From a virus (Duplodnaviria; Caudoviricetes): a DNA stretch of 59,918 nt. The DNA is taken from the IMG/VR virus record IMGVR_UViG_3300031825_000013, positions 1 to 59,918 of that record. One strand, given 5' to 3'. The translations under genes were made by a program, and so were the position numbers. Below the pieces are notes generated by a model. It had not been told where the DNA came from and made no database searches. It saw only the letters and a list, made by a program, of their open reading frames with translations. The first letter of the stretch is position 1, and every line of letters starts with the position of its first letter. Positions 47,389-57,450 of the stretch are shown piece after piece.

Positions 47389-47817
47389 TCACGGCTTCAC
47401 CTGCACTTCGCGTTGCGGATGTTCCTTCCAGAACGGGTTGTGGCATACCTCATCAATGCAGTTGCAGTAATCGGGATGGCAGTAGCCGTCGTATCCGCTC
47501 GCAAACACTTCCGCAAGTTCGTCGCTGGACTTCGCCGCGAGATAAGCCTTGAGAGCTTGGCCTTCTGGCGTCAGGAATCCGAATCTCGGGGATGTTCCAT
47601 ATTCGATCACATCGCACTTGCACAGGATGTTGATGAACAGCCACGCGACAGTTGGGCCGAAGGCTGCTTCTAGTGCCCTGTAGTCGTAAGCCCCATCGCC
47701 GGGGATCGCGGCCATAAATCCCTTGAGCGCCGGAAGCGTATGGGTCTCGCCGGTCCCGTAGCCGAAGCCCATGACGCAGCTCTCCCAATCAATGAAATGC
47801 TCGTCGATAGTTTTCAC
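47389..47817 (-). CDS. Hypothetical protein
   Basis: ORF with IEYGTSPRFGFLT and Cys-rich end. Confidence 0.6.
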   Translation of the reverse strand: MKTIDEHFIDWESCVMGFGYGTGETHTLPALKGFMAAIPGDGAYDYRALEAAFGPTVAWLFINILCKCDVIEYGTSPRFGFLTPEGQALKAYLAAKSSDELAEVFASGYDGYCHPDYCNCIDEVCHNPFWKEHPQREVQVKP

Positions 47818-48023
47818 GTCTTCACCTGTTCGGCTTCCTTCGATTGCGCCTCTCTCACTTGTCGGCCTCCGCGAGAATGGCTGCGTCGATTGCGTCTGCC
47901 TTGTTGATAGCGGCTTCCCTTGCGTCGGACGGGATGCGCTGGTCCATACTCATTCCGCGAAGAAAGTTGGCCGCGCCTTCTGCGATTTGCTGCATTGCTT
48001 CTACTTTCTCGAATGCGTCCATG

Positions 48024-48221
48024 TCACTCCTTTATCGCGGCGCGGTCGCCATGTAGTCTGCCCTCGCGGAATCGCTGGAAACTCGCCCCTGAATACTTGG
48101 CCTTCGTTTCAATGAGGGCCTCCGTGATAAACCACACGACTTCCCCGCCAGACCATCCTTCCCTGCGCCTTGTTACAGGGTTGTCGTAGATGCAAAACGG
48201 GGTCAGCTTCCGCGCGTCCAT
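48024..48221 (-). CDS. Hypothetical protein
   Basis: AAGGAG RBS; flanked by 18-bp direct repeats. Confidence 0.55.
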   Translation of the reverse strand: MDARKLTPFCIYDNPVTRRREGWSGGEVVWFITEALIETKAKYSGASFQRFREGRLHGDRAAIKE

Positions 48222-48222
48222 G

Positions 48223-48474
48223 TCACTCCTTCGGGCTTGTTGATTGCAGCGCGGCGTGAACCTCGGCAGCATCGCGCACCTTCTGCGTGTCCATCGCGGC
48301 CCACTCGGCGGGGTAGGGGAAATCATTGGTCTCCCCGTACCAGTCGCGCCGAAACTTCGCGGCCAGCGCGTAGTGATCGCCGTCGTCTAGGTACACGTCA
48401 CCGGGCATGGGATCGCTCTCGACGGCACAGAGAGCCACGCGGATACCGTCAACGGTGCGAATGCGGATGCTCAT
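48223..48474 (-). CDS. Hypothetical protein
   Basis: Coupled ORF. Confidence 0.6.
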   Translation of the reverse strand: MSIRIRTVDGIRVALCAVESDPMPGDVYLDDGDHYALAAKFRRDWYGETNDFPYPAEWAAMDTQKVRDAAEVHAALQSTSPKE

Positions 48475-48818
48475 GCGTCACCTCTGTTGGCGATTTCCAG
48501 CAGTACGTCTGCGTGGCACGGATGGTCAAGCGGGCAGAAGCAAGCGAGGTTCTTGCCGCCGAGCTTTTGAAGCGCCGCGAGCAACTTGCGACGACGGACG
48601 CTCATCGGCCCGGCCTTCTCGCCCAGGTATGCGTCCAGCGCATGCTCATCAACTAGCCATGTACGAAACAGGGTTACCGCCTGCTTCGCGCTTATCGGCC
48701 CGACCTTCCACGGATTGCCGAATATGCTTGGCCTCGCCACGCTCACCGTGTTCGGCGGCATCTTCCAGCCCTTCTTGCGCGAGCGTTGGACGCGCACCGG
48801 CTTGGTCGTCTCGCTCAC
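48471..48818 (-). CDS. DUF4326-like protein, copy 1
   Basis: VARPSIFGNPW...KNLACFCPLDHPCHADVLLEIAN. Confidence 0.8.
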   Translation of the reverse strand: MSETTKPVRVQRSRKKGWKMPPNTVSVARPSIFGNPWKVGPISAKQAVTLFRTWLVDEHALDAYLGEKAGPMSVRRRKLLAALQKLGGKNLACFCPLDHPCHADVLLEIANRGDA

Positions 48819-49327
48819 CTTGCCCCCGCTACTGCGAGGATTGCGCTCTCGTTCGGCGGTTCGGGCGGCATCATCCAATGCGTTACGGTTGGTCCGTCGA
48901 AGTCGTGCCCGCGCCCATCCTTGTGATTCCACCAATCCGGGTGCGTGCTGCACATGCGAACAGGCAGAAGCGGATTGTTGATATCGCAAACCAAGTAATG
49001 CTGCATCGGCTTGTGATCTTCCGGCAGACGCTCAGCGACCGGAATCCATCGCGCCCGCTCCATCCCCCTGCGCTCGGCCTGGGCGAGGGCGGATTCGGCT
49101 TTCTCGGCGCGTTCGCGTAGCTGCGTGATGACAACCGAATGCGGGGCGGGAGGGAGTAAGGCATCCCGCTCCGCTTTCACGGCTGCGAGTTCGCGCGTCA
49201 ATCTCTCGACCGCCACATGGGCACACGCATCGCAATACGGCGTTGGCTCACATCCGTCACGCAGGGCATACGGGGAGCCGCACAATTCGCATTCGGGCTC
49301 GCGGTTCAGCCCTTCCGGCGTGTTCAT
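48815..49327 (-). CDS. Hypothetical protein with DUF551-like C-terminus
   Basis: WIPVAERLPE...VTHWMMPPEPP. Confidence 0.65.
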   Translation of the reverse strand: MNTPEGLNREPECELCGSPYALRDGCEPTPYCDACAHVAVERLTRELAAVKAERDALLPPAPHSVVITQLRERAEKAESALAQAERRGMERARWIPVAERLPEDHKPMQHYLVCDINNPLLPVRMCSTHPDWWNHKDGRGHDFDGPTVTHWMMPPEPPNESAILAVAGAR

Positions 49328-49728
49328 GTCGGCCCTCCTAACGGCACCCTGCGGACAGCGAGGGCAAGCAGCGCGTCGTACTTGCGGTTGATGTTCTGGT
49401 TGCCAGTGTCGAAGTACTGGCACCACGCGTAGTCGCCATCGCCCGCGTACTGCTCGGAGAGCCAGTGCGCGCCATCGGCGAACTGCCCGTCGCGCCGGTT
49501 GGCCCACAGGAGCCTGCCCTCGCGCCGGTCGGGAAGATCTCCGCCGATGCTCCGCGCCCAGGACAGCACGTCGGCGTGGTGCATGCACCTCGGTGCGTAT
49601 CCCAGGTCGATGAGAAGGTAGTCGTGGTCTGGCTGCAGGGTGTTCCTGCCCACGACGCCCATGAACTCGCCGTCGGCGTAGGTGGAGTGGATACGCGGCA
49701 AGACGATCATTCCGTTTGGCAATTTCAT
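49324..49728 (-). CDS. DUF1566-like (C-type lectin fold) protein
   Basis: GGDLPDRRE..LL, HWLSEQY...AWCQYF..G.Q...ALAVRR. Confidence 0.7.
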   Translation of the reverse strand: MKLPNGMIVLPRIHSTYADGEFMGVVGRNTLQPDHDYLLIDLGYAPRCMHHADVLSWARSIGGDLPDRREGRLLWANRRDGQFADGAHWLSEQYAGDGDYAWCQYFDTGNQNINRKYDALLALAVRRVPLGGPT

Positions 49729-49904
49729 GTCGGCTCCTTCAGTTGTCGCGTCAGGTCGTCTATCTCTGCCTGCGCTCTTCGCATTCCCTCGCTCCAATCG
49801 CACGACCACTCCCAGCGATTGGCTATCTCCATGTTCGCGCAAGCAATAGCCCATTCCTTGTCCGCAATTGCGCTGCGGAGTCTCAGGAGCAAAAGCTCTC
49901 TCAT
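49725..49904 (-). CDS. Small hypothetical protein (59 aa, not in ORF track)
   Basis: AAGGAG RBS, ATGA overlaps at both ends, flanked by 16-bp direct repeats. Confidence 0.5.
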   Translation of the reverse strand: MRELLLLRLRSAIADKEWAIACANMEIANRWEWSCDWSEGMRRAQAEIDDLTRQLKEPT

Positions 49905-50332
49905 GTCGGCTCCTTCGGGTATGCGGCGCGGTAGGCGTCCAGCACAATGCCAAGATTGACTATGGTGGCGCCGCTCTTTTCTGCGCGCGCTCGCAGTTCA
50001 TCGCGCTCCGCCTCAAGCTTCGCGCGACCGGCTCCAATCGCCTCGATAAATTGATTTTTGTCCGACAAATGAAGCCGAAGATTTCTGATCCCCTCGTCCT
50101 TCGCGGCGAGCTGCTGGCGGGCCTCGTCGCGATCCTTGCAAACCTTTTCGCGGTCGAGGATCACGTCCAGTTTGGCCGATTGCACCTCGGCCACCTGCCT
50201 GGCGAGCGATTCGATGAGAGACGCGGCTTCACGTTCATCCTGGGCCCAGTTGTCGGCCCATAGCTTCGAGCGCAGCCGCTTCACGATCCCCGCCACGTCG
50301 GCAGGAAGCTCGGTCAACGTGCGCGGGGTCAT
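49901..50332 (-). CDS. Coiled-coil hypothetical protein
   Basis: Coupled ORF. Confidence 0.6.
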   Translation of the reverse strand: MTPRTLTELPADVAGIVKRLRSKLWADNWAQDEREAASLIESLARQVAEVQSAKLDVILDREKVCKDRDEARQQLAAKDEGIRNLRLHLSDKNQFIEAIGAGRAKLEAERDELRARAEKSGATIVNLGIVLDAYRAAYPKEPT

Positions 50333-50784
50333 GGCTTGGTCTCCGTGGATGATGAAATAACCGGAACGCGCGGCTCGCCGTGCGGCGGGATCGTCGCTGC
50401 CGTAGCCCACGCATACACGGCGGCGATGTGCGCCAGGTCACGCTCGTCTTGGTTTATCATCACGTCTACCCCCTCTTCGCTCTTGAGGCAGAAGCGGTAG
50501 GCGTCCTGCGGAAGCGCTCTTGCCTCTGGGGGCTCCTGCCGCTCGCCGCAGCACATGTACGATGCGTGATTCACTGCGATGATCTGCGCGAGAGACTTGC
50601 AGTCCGTCCGGCCGCGCGGGCAATACTTTGGCTCGAAGAACCCCTCCCTAGACGCTGTCATTGTTGACGCCTCTTCTGCGGCTGAGTCGTGGTCAACGTT
50701 CGCGTTAGTCGCGCCGCATGACGGACAAGCGCGTCTCTCGTATGCATAGGCGCCTGAACATTTCCAGCAGAGCGTCGTTTTCAT
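50329..50784 (-). CDS. Cys-rich hypothetical protein
   Basis: CWKC...CPSC; coupled ORF. Confidence 0.55.
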   Translation of the reverse strand: MKTTLCWKCSGAYAYERRACPSCGATNANVDHDSAAEEASTMTASREGFFEPKYCPRGRTDCKSLAQIIAVNHASYMCCGERQEPPEARALPQDAYRFCLKSEEGVDVMINQDERDLAHIAAVYAWATAATIPPHGEPRVPVISSSTETKP

Positions 50785-51371
50785 TTCCCGGCCCTCGCGG
50801 CGATGGCGGCGAACTCCGCCCTGATTTCCATCCAGAGTTTTCCGAGCATGTTCTGGCCATCCTTGTTTGGCCCCCAGCCCCAAAAGGAATCGCGCCATGA
50901 CTTCTCGACCAGATGCCGCGTTCCGGTTTCCAGCAGCTTGCGGCGCACGTACTCGTGTTGCGTGGCTTTGGCTCGCAGGATGCCCCTCATGATGACGACC
51001 TTGACATCGTCCCAATCCGGGCGCCGCTCGCTCCTGTGGGATTCAGCGATCTTGAACGCCTCGTGGGCGGATGACGCATGTTGGATTGCACTACGAATAT
51101 CCGGCTGGTAAAACTTTTCCCAGTGATAGGCGGCTTCTGCCGTGTCGAAGTCGATGCCGCGCCACATAAGCCGAAACGCAGAGAAATTAGAGAGCGGATA
51201 GAACTCCCGCTCATAGAAATCTATGGTGTCAGCATCCTCCCGCAGCCTCACCACTTCTGCGGCTAGGCCGGTGCGCGAGAGTTCGAGCGCGGAGAGGATC
51301 GGCGCCCGGTATTCGAGCGGCAGGTAGGTCTCGATTGCGTTGACCAGCCGCTTGTGTTCCTTCGCGTTCAT
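50781..51371 (-). CDS. NADAR (YbiA-like) family hydrolase
   Basis: LSNF, TAEAAYHWEKF, RPDWDDVK, LLETG..LVE, D.FWG, GQNMLGKLWMEIR. Confidence 0.9.
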   Translation of the reverse strand: MNAKEHKRLVNAIETYLPLEYRAPILSALELSRTGLAAEVVRLREDADTIDFYEREFYPLSNFSAFRLMWRGIDFDTAEAAYHWEKFYQPDIRSAIQHASSAHEAFKIAESHRSERRPDWDDVKVVIMRGILRAKATQHEYVRRKLLETGTRHLVEKSWRDSFWGWGPNKDGQNMLGKLWMEIRAEFAAIAARAGK

Positions 51372-51559
51372 TTCGGATTCCCTTTCGCGTCCATGGCGAT
51401 GCGCTCCGCTATAGCCACGGATTCTTCTTCGATGATTGGGGCGACGATCGCCTTTAGCCACGGGTGAAAGTTCTCCACGTCGGCTACCGGAACGTAGTCG
51501 CAGACAACTGCGCGGAGCGCCCGCAGCGCTTCTTCCTTCGTGATGTCGGGGGTGCTCAT
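51368..51559 (-). CDS. Hypothetical protein
   Basis: Coupled ORF; ends resemble the neighbouring ORF. Confidence 0.55.
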   Translation of the reverse strand: MSTPDITKEEALRALRAVVCDYVPVADVENFHPWLKAIVAPIIEEESVAIAERIAMDAKGNPK

Positions 51560-51759
51560 TTCGGTTCTCCTTTCGCGTCCACGACGCCGGCGATTGATGC
51601 GACGAGGGCGAGGACGGTTAGCGCGTGTCCTTGGTCGTCTATCAGCGTACATCCGCCAAGTTTTTCAATCCCGTAAGTAGCGAGGTATTCGAGGCGGTTC
51701 GTTTCAAGCTCCCGCAGCGCCGCCCTTCCCTCCGCTTTCGTGATGCCCAGGTTGTTCAT
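51556..51759 (-). CDS. Hypothetical protein
   Basis: Coupled ORF. Confidence 0.55.
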   Translation of the reverse strand: MNNLGITKAEGRAALRELETNRLEYLATYGIEKLGGCTLIDDQGHALTVLALVASIAGVVDAKGEPK

Positions 51760-51761
51760 GG

Positions 51762-52163
51762 TCAGCCCTCGATCTCGCACTGGCCGACTTGGCGCCAGCC
51801 TCGGCGCCGACATTCCATTGAAGCAATTTCATTGTCGTTAGCAAGAACGATGTCATCGACATGATTCATGAGGCTCTTGCTCCACAGGTTCACCATCCGC
51901 TTCTTCGGCGCTTCGGGGGCGATGGTGGCGAGGGCATCGATGGTCTGCGCTGACCAGTCCCACCCCTCCGCGCGCAATCGCTTGGCGGCATGGTTAAGCG
52001 CGGCCTTGTTGCACTGCGGCGGCCACACGACGGCCCGCTCTCCCGGCCCGAGGATTTCAAACTCGGAGGGGAGGGAGTCGAGGAAATGGGCCACTGCGTG
52101 CGCCGATTCTTCGCCGTGCCAGTTCATCCAGTCGCGCACGCCCTGCGGCTTTTTGTATTTCAT
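51762..52163 (-). CDS. Hypothetical protein
   Basis: GGAGG RBS. Confidence 0.6.
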   Translation of the reverse strand: MKYKKPQGVRDWMNWHGEESAHAVAHFLDSLPSEFEILGPGERAVVWPPQCNKAALNHAAKRLRAEGWDWSAQTIDALATIAPEAPKKRMVNLWSKSLMNHVDDIVLANDNEIASMECRRRGWRQVGQCEIEG

Positions 52164-52456
52164 GTTTCCTCCACGAATCGAATCAGATGGGGCTCCCCGG
52201 GCTTGCGCTCGATCAGGCCCCGGCGGTCGAGGTAGGACAGGGCGCGGGCAATGGTGGGCTCGTCGTCATCGGTGCGCGTTTCCCACCAGCCTCCATCTAA
52301 TATGCACTCGCTCTCGATCAGCGAACGGAACGAACCGTCCGCTTCCTCCACCGCGTCGGCTTCGAGTGCGTACTCCTCCGAAATCGCAACCTCTCCAGAG
52401 AGCCGAGCGGTTTCCGCCATCCGGCGCAGCCTGTCGATGAACGCGCGACCTCTCAT
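52160..52456 (-). CDS. Hypothetical protein
   Basis: Coupled ORF. Confidence 0.55.
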   Translation of the reverse strand: MRGRAFIDRLRRMAETARLSGEVAISEEYALEADAVEEADGSFRSLIESECILDGGWWETRTDDDEPTIARALSYLDRRGLIERKPGEPHLIRFVEET

Positions 52457-52466
52457 TTCACTCTCC

Positions 52467-52880
52467 CTAGAACGGCAAATCGTCCTCGAAGTCGCCGAAG
52501 CTCGACGAGCCGGTTTCCTTCACCCCCTCCGGCTTCCGCTCGGCCGGCTTCTCTTCGTCGCGGGGCTTGCCGCCGAGCATCTGCATCCGCTCGAGAACGA
52601 CCTCGGTGGTGTAGTTGTCCTTCCCGTCCTTGTCCTTCCACTTGCGCGTCTGCAAGCGGCCATCGACGTAGACCTGGCTGCCTTTCTTGAGGTACTCGCC
52701 GCAGATTTCCGCGAGCTTGCCAAAAGCCGAGCACCTCACCCACTCACAACCTTCGGTGTCCTTCGACTTCCAGTTGCAGCCGACGGAGAAGTTCGTGACG
52801 GCGGCGCCGTCGGGCATGTAGCGCGTCGTGGGGTCTTGCCCCAGGTTGCCGATGCACAGCACTTTGTTGAGCGAGGCCAT
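52467..52880 (-). CDS. ssb: Single-stranded DNA-binding protein
   Basis: [33 protein letters not shown], acidic DDLPF tail. Confidence 0.95.
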   Translation of the reverse strand: MASLNKVLCIGNLGQDPTTRYMPDGAAVTNFSVGCNWKSKDTEGCEWVRCSAFGKLAEICGEYLKKGSQVYVDGRLQTRKWKDKDGKDNYTTEVVLERMQMLGGKPRDEEKPAERKPEGVKETGSSSFGDFEDDLPF

Positions 52881-52882
52881 GT

Positions 52883-53173
52883 CTAGGCCGCTTCCTGTTG
52901 GGCGGGCGCCGGCTCGACCTTGGAGACCTCGCCGTCGACCTCGATGCGCGAGAAGCCGAACTTGCCCTTGATCGAGCCCGCGAAATACTTGCCGACGTTC
53001 TCGGCCTTCTGGAAGCCGTCCCAGATGCCCAGGGGGACGTTGTGGTAGCGGTAGGTGCGCTCGTTTCCGTGGAACTGGATGGCGAGGGTGTGGGAGGGCT
53101 CGTCGTAGCCCGCTGCGGCGAGCTGGTCGCTGGCGACGGGGAAGAGGGCGATGCCGGGGGTCTGCTGGTTCAT
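52883..53173 (-). CDS. KTSC domain protein
   Basis: [12 protein letters not shown]...LAIQF...YRYHNVP...VGKYF. Confidence 0.85.
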   Translation of the reverse strand: MNQQTPGIALFPVASDQLAAAGYDEPSHTLAIQFHGNERTYRYHNVPLGIWDGFQKAENVGKYFAGSIKGKFGFSRIEVDGEVSKVEPAPAQQEAA

Positions 53174-53205
53174 GGTGGGTCTCCTTGGTGGTTGGTGGGG
53201 GGGGG

Positions 53206-53487
53206 TCAGCAGATCACCGCGAACACTTCCGCTTCGCGCATCACCAGCAGCTCCTCGCCGTCGATCTTGACGGTGGCGCCGGAGTATTTGCCGAGCAGGA
53301 CGCGATCGCCGACCGAAACCGACATGGGCTCCAGATTGCCGCTCTCGGACAACTTTCCGGGGCCGACGGCGATCACTTCGCCCTGGTCGGGCTTCTCCGG
53401 GTCGGGAAGCAGGATTCCGCCCTCGGTGACTTCCTCGGGCTTGATGCGCTTGACGACGATGCGGTCGTGGAGGGGGCTGAGGTGCAT
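53206..53487 (-). CDS. groES: Co-chaperonin GroES
   Basis: [39 protein letters not shown]. Confidence 0.93.
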   Translation of the reverse strand: MHLSPLHDRIVVKRIKPEEVTEGGILLPDPEKPDQGEVIAVGPGKLSESGNLEPMSVSVGDRVLLGKYSGATVKIDGEELLVMREAEVFAVIC

Positions 53488-53507
53488 TTGATCTCCTTGG
53501 TGGTGGG

Positions 53508-54548
53508 TTACTTGACGGCTTCCGCTGCGGCGAAAGCCTTCTCGATGATGTCGGCCTCCTCGGAGCCTGGCATCACGATGTCCTTGAGCGCCGTCAGCGC
53601 CTCGAAGTAGATGCGCTCGCGGGTGGCCGGGGCCGACTCATCGCGGGGCGCGTAGGTGGGGTCGGCCGGCCCGCCGCCAATGGAGGGATCGGGGCCGGCG
53701 CTGGCGGCGTGGGCGGCGCGAACCGCTTCGTAATGCTCCTCGGCGGCAAGGCGCAGCTTCTCCCGCTCCGCGGCGGCCTCGCGGTCCAGGCGCTCGCGTT
53801 CGGCGCGGGCCTCGGCTTCCTCGCGGGCGCGGGTCTCCTTCGTGGCCTTTTCCTCGGCCTCGATGCGAGCCTTTCGCTCGGCTTCTTCCTTGGCGTCCCG
53901 TTCGGCCCGCTCCTTCTGCAACCGCGCCAGCTCGGCCCGCTCCGCTGCGATCTTGGCGGCTTCCGCTTCCTGGGCCTGTGCGCCGGCCAGCATCCCCGTG
54001 ATGGTGGCAATGGCGATCGTTTGCTCGGCCTGGGCCTCGCGCTCGAATTCCTCGAACTCGGCCCCCAACCGGTTTTCCTTGAGGGTTTCGAGGGCCTTGG
54101 AGATCACTTCCGCGCTGCGCCCGGTCAGTTGGGCGGGAATTCCGCGAATGGCCTCGATGCGCTTGCGGTGGGTATCAACCCGCTTCGCCTCGGCGTCGAT
54201 GCGGGCTTGCTTCTCGCGCTCGAGCCTCGTTTCCTCGGCCTCGATCTGGGCCGCGATGGGCTGCTCGAGGGCGACGATCTTCTCGGTGATGTCCTTCGCT
54301 TCGGCGTCGATCAGGCGGGAGCGTTCCAGCGCCGGGGCCTTGAGTTCCTTGCGCTTGTCCTCGAGGGCCGTCCGCAGGGAGCGCAGTTCCTTCCTGGCGT
54401 CCTTGGCGGCCGTCATGCCGTCCTTGGTCCCCACTTCGTACACGACGCCGCTGTAGCGGGCCGCAAGGTCCGCGAGCGCCGCGGCCGTTTTCGAGTATTC
54501 CGCGATCTTCGTCGACGCGGGGTGAAGTTCCTGCACTTGAGCGTTCAT
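53508..54548 (-). CDS. Long coiled-coil protein associated with the recombination module
   Basis: [10 protein letters not shown]...IDAEAK; E/A/R-rich. Confidence 0.7.
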   Translation of the reverse strand: MNAQVQELHPASTKIAEYSKTAAALADLAARYSGVVYEVGTKDGMTAAKDARKELRSLRTALEDKRKELKAPALERSRLIDAEAKDITEKIVALEQPIAAQIEAEETRLEREKQARIDAEAKRVDTHRKRIEAIRGIPAQLTGRSAEVISKALETLKENRLGAEFEEFEREAQAEQTIAIATITGMLAGAQAQEAEAAKIAAERAELARLQKERAERDAKEEAERKARIEAEEKATKETRAREEAEARAERERLDREAAAEREKLRLAAEEHYEAVRAAHAASAGPDPSIGGGPADPTYAPRDESAPATRERIYFEALTALKDIVMPGSEEADIIEKAFAAAEAVK

Positions 54549-55174
54549 GCTGCACACCTTTCTCGGAGCGTCTGCTCCAAATCCTTGACCTCGAAAAGAA
54601 ACCGCATCACGCGCTTTTCATAGGCGGCGATTGCCGCCTCGTCGCGCTCGACGCGAACCCGAAACAGTTGCAACGGCCCCGGCATGCGGGGGTCGAACGA
54701 CACGAATTCCGCGTACTTCCGGCCCGTGATCCAGAGGTTGTGCGTCACCTGGGGGACGTACTTCGTCGGCATCACACCCGCGAGGATGTAGGCGATGTGC
54801 GTGGCGCTCTTGGGGCACTTCGCCTCGAAAATCCCATCGTCCTCGATGAACCCGTCCACGCTACAGCCAGCCATGATCGTCGGCAGATAGGCGAATCCAG
54901 CCGTTTCCACCAGCGCCCCGGTTGCCTCCTCGAAAGCCATGCGCGCGAAAGGCTCCTGCTCGATGCCGTGCTTCATTTCCCGCGAAACGTAGTCGTCCTC
55001 GCCGATCTTCCCGGTGATCCGCTCGACGGCAAGCTGGCACAGGTAATCCCGCCACGCGGCCGTCTTTTCGTCGGCCACGATGTCCTCGGCCCGGGAGCTG
55101 GTAGCCCGACCGAGGCGGTCGAGATACCACTGATCCGTGCCCTGCGCTGCCGTCGAAAGGATGTAGCGACTCAT
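54545..55174 (-). CDS. YqaJ/lambda-exonuclease family protein
   Basis: QGTDQWYLDRLG, GIEQEPFAR, SVDG, EAKCP, FVSFDPR. Confidence 0.9.
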   Translation of the reverse strand: MSRYILSTAAQGTDQWYLDRLGRATSSRAEDIVADEKTAAWRDYLCQLAVERITGKIGEDDYVSREMKHGIEQEPFARMAFEEATGALVETAGFAYLPTIMAGCSVDGFIEDDGIFEAKCPKSATHIAYILAGVMPTKYVPQVTHNLWITGRKYAEFVSFDPRMPGPLQLFRVRVERDEAAIAAYEKRVMRFLFEVKDLEQTLRERCAA

Positions 55175-56109
55175 CCAGGCATCGCCTCTCCGGCGAGCTC
55201 CTTCTTGAAGGCTTTCCCGCGCTCCTCCACGGCGGCCTTGAGCGCGTTGTAGGCGGGCATGTCATTGGCCGCCTTCGCCTCCTTGAGTCCGGTGCTCCAC
55301 GCGGCCTTGAGTTCTTCCGGGGTCGTGGCGGCCTTGGCTGCGGCCACAAGGCGCTCGGCCCGCTCCTGAGCGGCGTCGTAGGCATCCCTCGCCCCGTCCA
55401 CGGCTCCGGTGTCCGCGTCGATCGTGAGCGGCTGGAGCTGCGTGTCGTTGCCTTCGTGCTGGTTGATGATCTCCTCGGCGGTGGAGAGTCGATCGGTGCG
55501 CGGCCAGAGTTTGCTTGCGCGCTTGATCGCCGCCTTCTTCACCATTTCCTCGAACCAGTAATCCCAGGGACCGGATTTCGCCTTCGAGACGGAGCGGATC
55601 TTGTTGATCTCCTCGCGGCTCAGGGTCTCGATTTGCGTGATCCCGTTGGCGAGTTTCGCAATCACATACACGCCGATTACGTCACCCCGGTCGGCGCTGC
55701 TCGCAAAGGGGTCGAACTTGTGTCGCGGCGTGGTGAACGGGTCCACGTACTCGAAGGCGTCGTTCTGGCAGACGATCACGGCCTTAACCGCGTGTACGCT
55801 GCCCGAGTCGGTGGCGATCTTGACGAGCCCGATATAGCTGATGTCAAGGCAGCACTTCCCGTCGCGCGGAACGAGATAGGCGAGCTTGAGGGCCGGGCTC
55901 AACGAGAGCCCAACGCTGGCCACATTGATTACGGCGTTGCGGATCGAGGCCGGCGCGCACTTCTGGAGCGCCTCCTTGTCGCCAATGGATTGCAGCGCGA
56001 ACATCGCCTCGCGCTGGTAGGTCACGAGCCCGCCTGTTGCGGCGGCGATCTCGGTGAATTTGCGTTCCGCCTCCACGATCGGAGCGGTCCACGGCTGAAT
56101 ATTCGTCAT
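55171..56109 (-). CDS. recT: RecT-family single-strand annealing recombinase
   Basis: GLSLSP...AYLVPR...ISYIGL...PWDYWFEEMVKK. Confidence 0.88.
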   Translation of the reverse strand: MTNIQPWTAPIVEAERKFTEIAAATGGLVTYQREAMFALQSIGDKEALQKCAPASIRNAVINVASVGLSLSPALKLAYLVPRDGKCCLDISYIGLVKIATDSGSVHAVKAVIVCQNDAFEYVDPFTTPRHKFDPFASSADRGDVIGVYVIAKLANGITQIETLSREEINKIRSVSKAKSGPWDYWFEEMVKKAAIKRASKLWPRTDRLSTAEEIINQHEGNDTQLQPLTIDADTGAVDGARDAYDAAQERAERLVAAAKAATTPEELKAAWSTGLKEAKAANDMPAYNALKAAVEERGKAFKKELAGEAMPG

Positions 56110-56429
56110 TACGGTCTCCTTATGAGCGCTGCGGACTGTTGAAGGACTCGCGGTGCCTGCGCTGGTGCTGTCCCACTGAGCGGGCCAGGAAGTGCATCGC
56201 TTCCTCGGCCCGCGCGTCGATAAGCCGGTGGAGCATCCGCAGGGACGCCGCGCAAATCGCCTCGATCGGGAAGAGGTCGTTCACTAGAGGTAGGTGGAGA
56301 CCAGCCACGCGACGAGTTTCCAGCCGGCGATGATCGCTGCCGTGACCACGCATCCAGCCACGAAGCCGGACTTCCACGCTTGCGTCATGGCCTGGCGCTC
56401 GCGCTGGACCTGGGCGGTTAAGGCGCTCA

Positions 56430-56738
56430 TCAGTCCCCCTCGGATTCCGCGATTGCGGCGGCGAGGCAGAGGGCGATGATGCGGCTTGACGAGTCATCCC
56501 CGAACCATCCGCTGATTGTGTTTCCATTGAGGTGATTGGGCTTGCAGAGCCGGAAATATTGCATTGGCTTGGCGATCGCTTTGGTGTCCTCATCTGCCAT
56601 ATACCAAGGGAGACTTTGTCCCGGAGTGGCAGCAAAAATCGCATAACACCCATATGACGGGAACAAGTAACAATCGCGCGTTGATTCAAACCCCTCCACC
56701 AGCTGCGCCGCCTTCCGCAGAATCTCGCTCGATTTCAT
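56430..56738 (-). CDS. Hypothetical protein
   Basis: Coupled ORF. Confidence 0.6.
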   Translation of the reverse strand: MKSSEILRKAAQLVEGFESTRDCYLFPSYGCYAIFAATPGQSLPWYMADEDTKAIAKPMQYFRLCKPNHLNGNTISGWFGDDSSSRIIALCLAAAIAESEGD

Positions 56739-57049
56739 TTCGTGGCCCCCTGATTTCTCGCCCGCACTCCATCAAGCCCGCCGGCAATGTCTGCAATCCG
56801 CAAGCCGAATTCCTTTGCCGTCCTCGCGTCGAGCACGATGGCCGGATTCGGAAGGCTCTCCACGGAATCCCTGTAGGCGAGTTCGGCTTTGGCCTTTTCC
56901 GCTTGCTTCTGCCATTCGTTCGCGTTGTCGGCGGAATCGAGCCAGCCGAGGGTCAATGTGAAGCACAACGTCCACAGGAATCCCCCGGTCCAGTCGTGGT
57001 CATGGGTAACGCGGGGAGTCTTGGACAACAGTGCGGCGGTGCGGGTCAA
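56735..57049 (-). CDS. Hypothetical membrane protein
   Basis: One hydrophobic segment; coupled ORF. Confidence 0.5.
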   Translation of the reverse strand: MTRTAALLSKTPRVTHDHDWTGGFLWTLCFTLTLGWLDSADNANEWQKQAEKAKAELAYRDSVESLPNPAIVLDARTAKEFGLRIADIAGGLDGVRARNQGATK

Positions 57050-57450
57050 AGCTTCCCCCTGGCCGCTTGGTCTGCCGCAAAGCGGCGTCTTGCCTCTGCC
57101 GTAGCGTCCTGATATTGAGCCTTTGTCAGGCGCTCTCGCAGTACCTCGATGATGAAACTCTCAAGGCCAACAAACACCTTGCGAAGTTGAGGGCGAATCC
57201 GGTGAATGCGCTCCTCAGCCCGCCTCTTAGAGTGGCCAGCAAGCGCCCTTTGGCTTGGCGTAAGCTCGCCTGAGCTTATGACCACATCAAGCCGTTTTAC
57301 ATAAGCGACCAGCGCGGCCCGCTCCTGCTCTGGAGATAACCATTCGTCTTCTTGGAAGCCAAGCGGCGGAATACCACGCTTGCTGCCGTGAGTAGAATAT
57401 TCGCCGCTCCTGGAGAGCCAACAGGCATTGCGCGACAACGCCTTGCTCAT
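57046..57450 (-). CDS. Hypothetical protein
   Basis: Coupled ORF. Confidence 0.55.
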   Translation of the reverse strand: MSKALSRNACWLSRSGEYSTHGSKRGIPPLGFQEDEWLSPEQERAALVAYVKRLDVVISSGELTPSQRALAGHSKRRAEERIHRIRPQLRKVFVGLESFIIEVLRERLTKAQYQDATAEARRRFAADQAARGKL

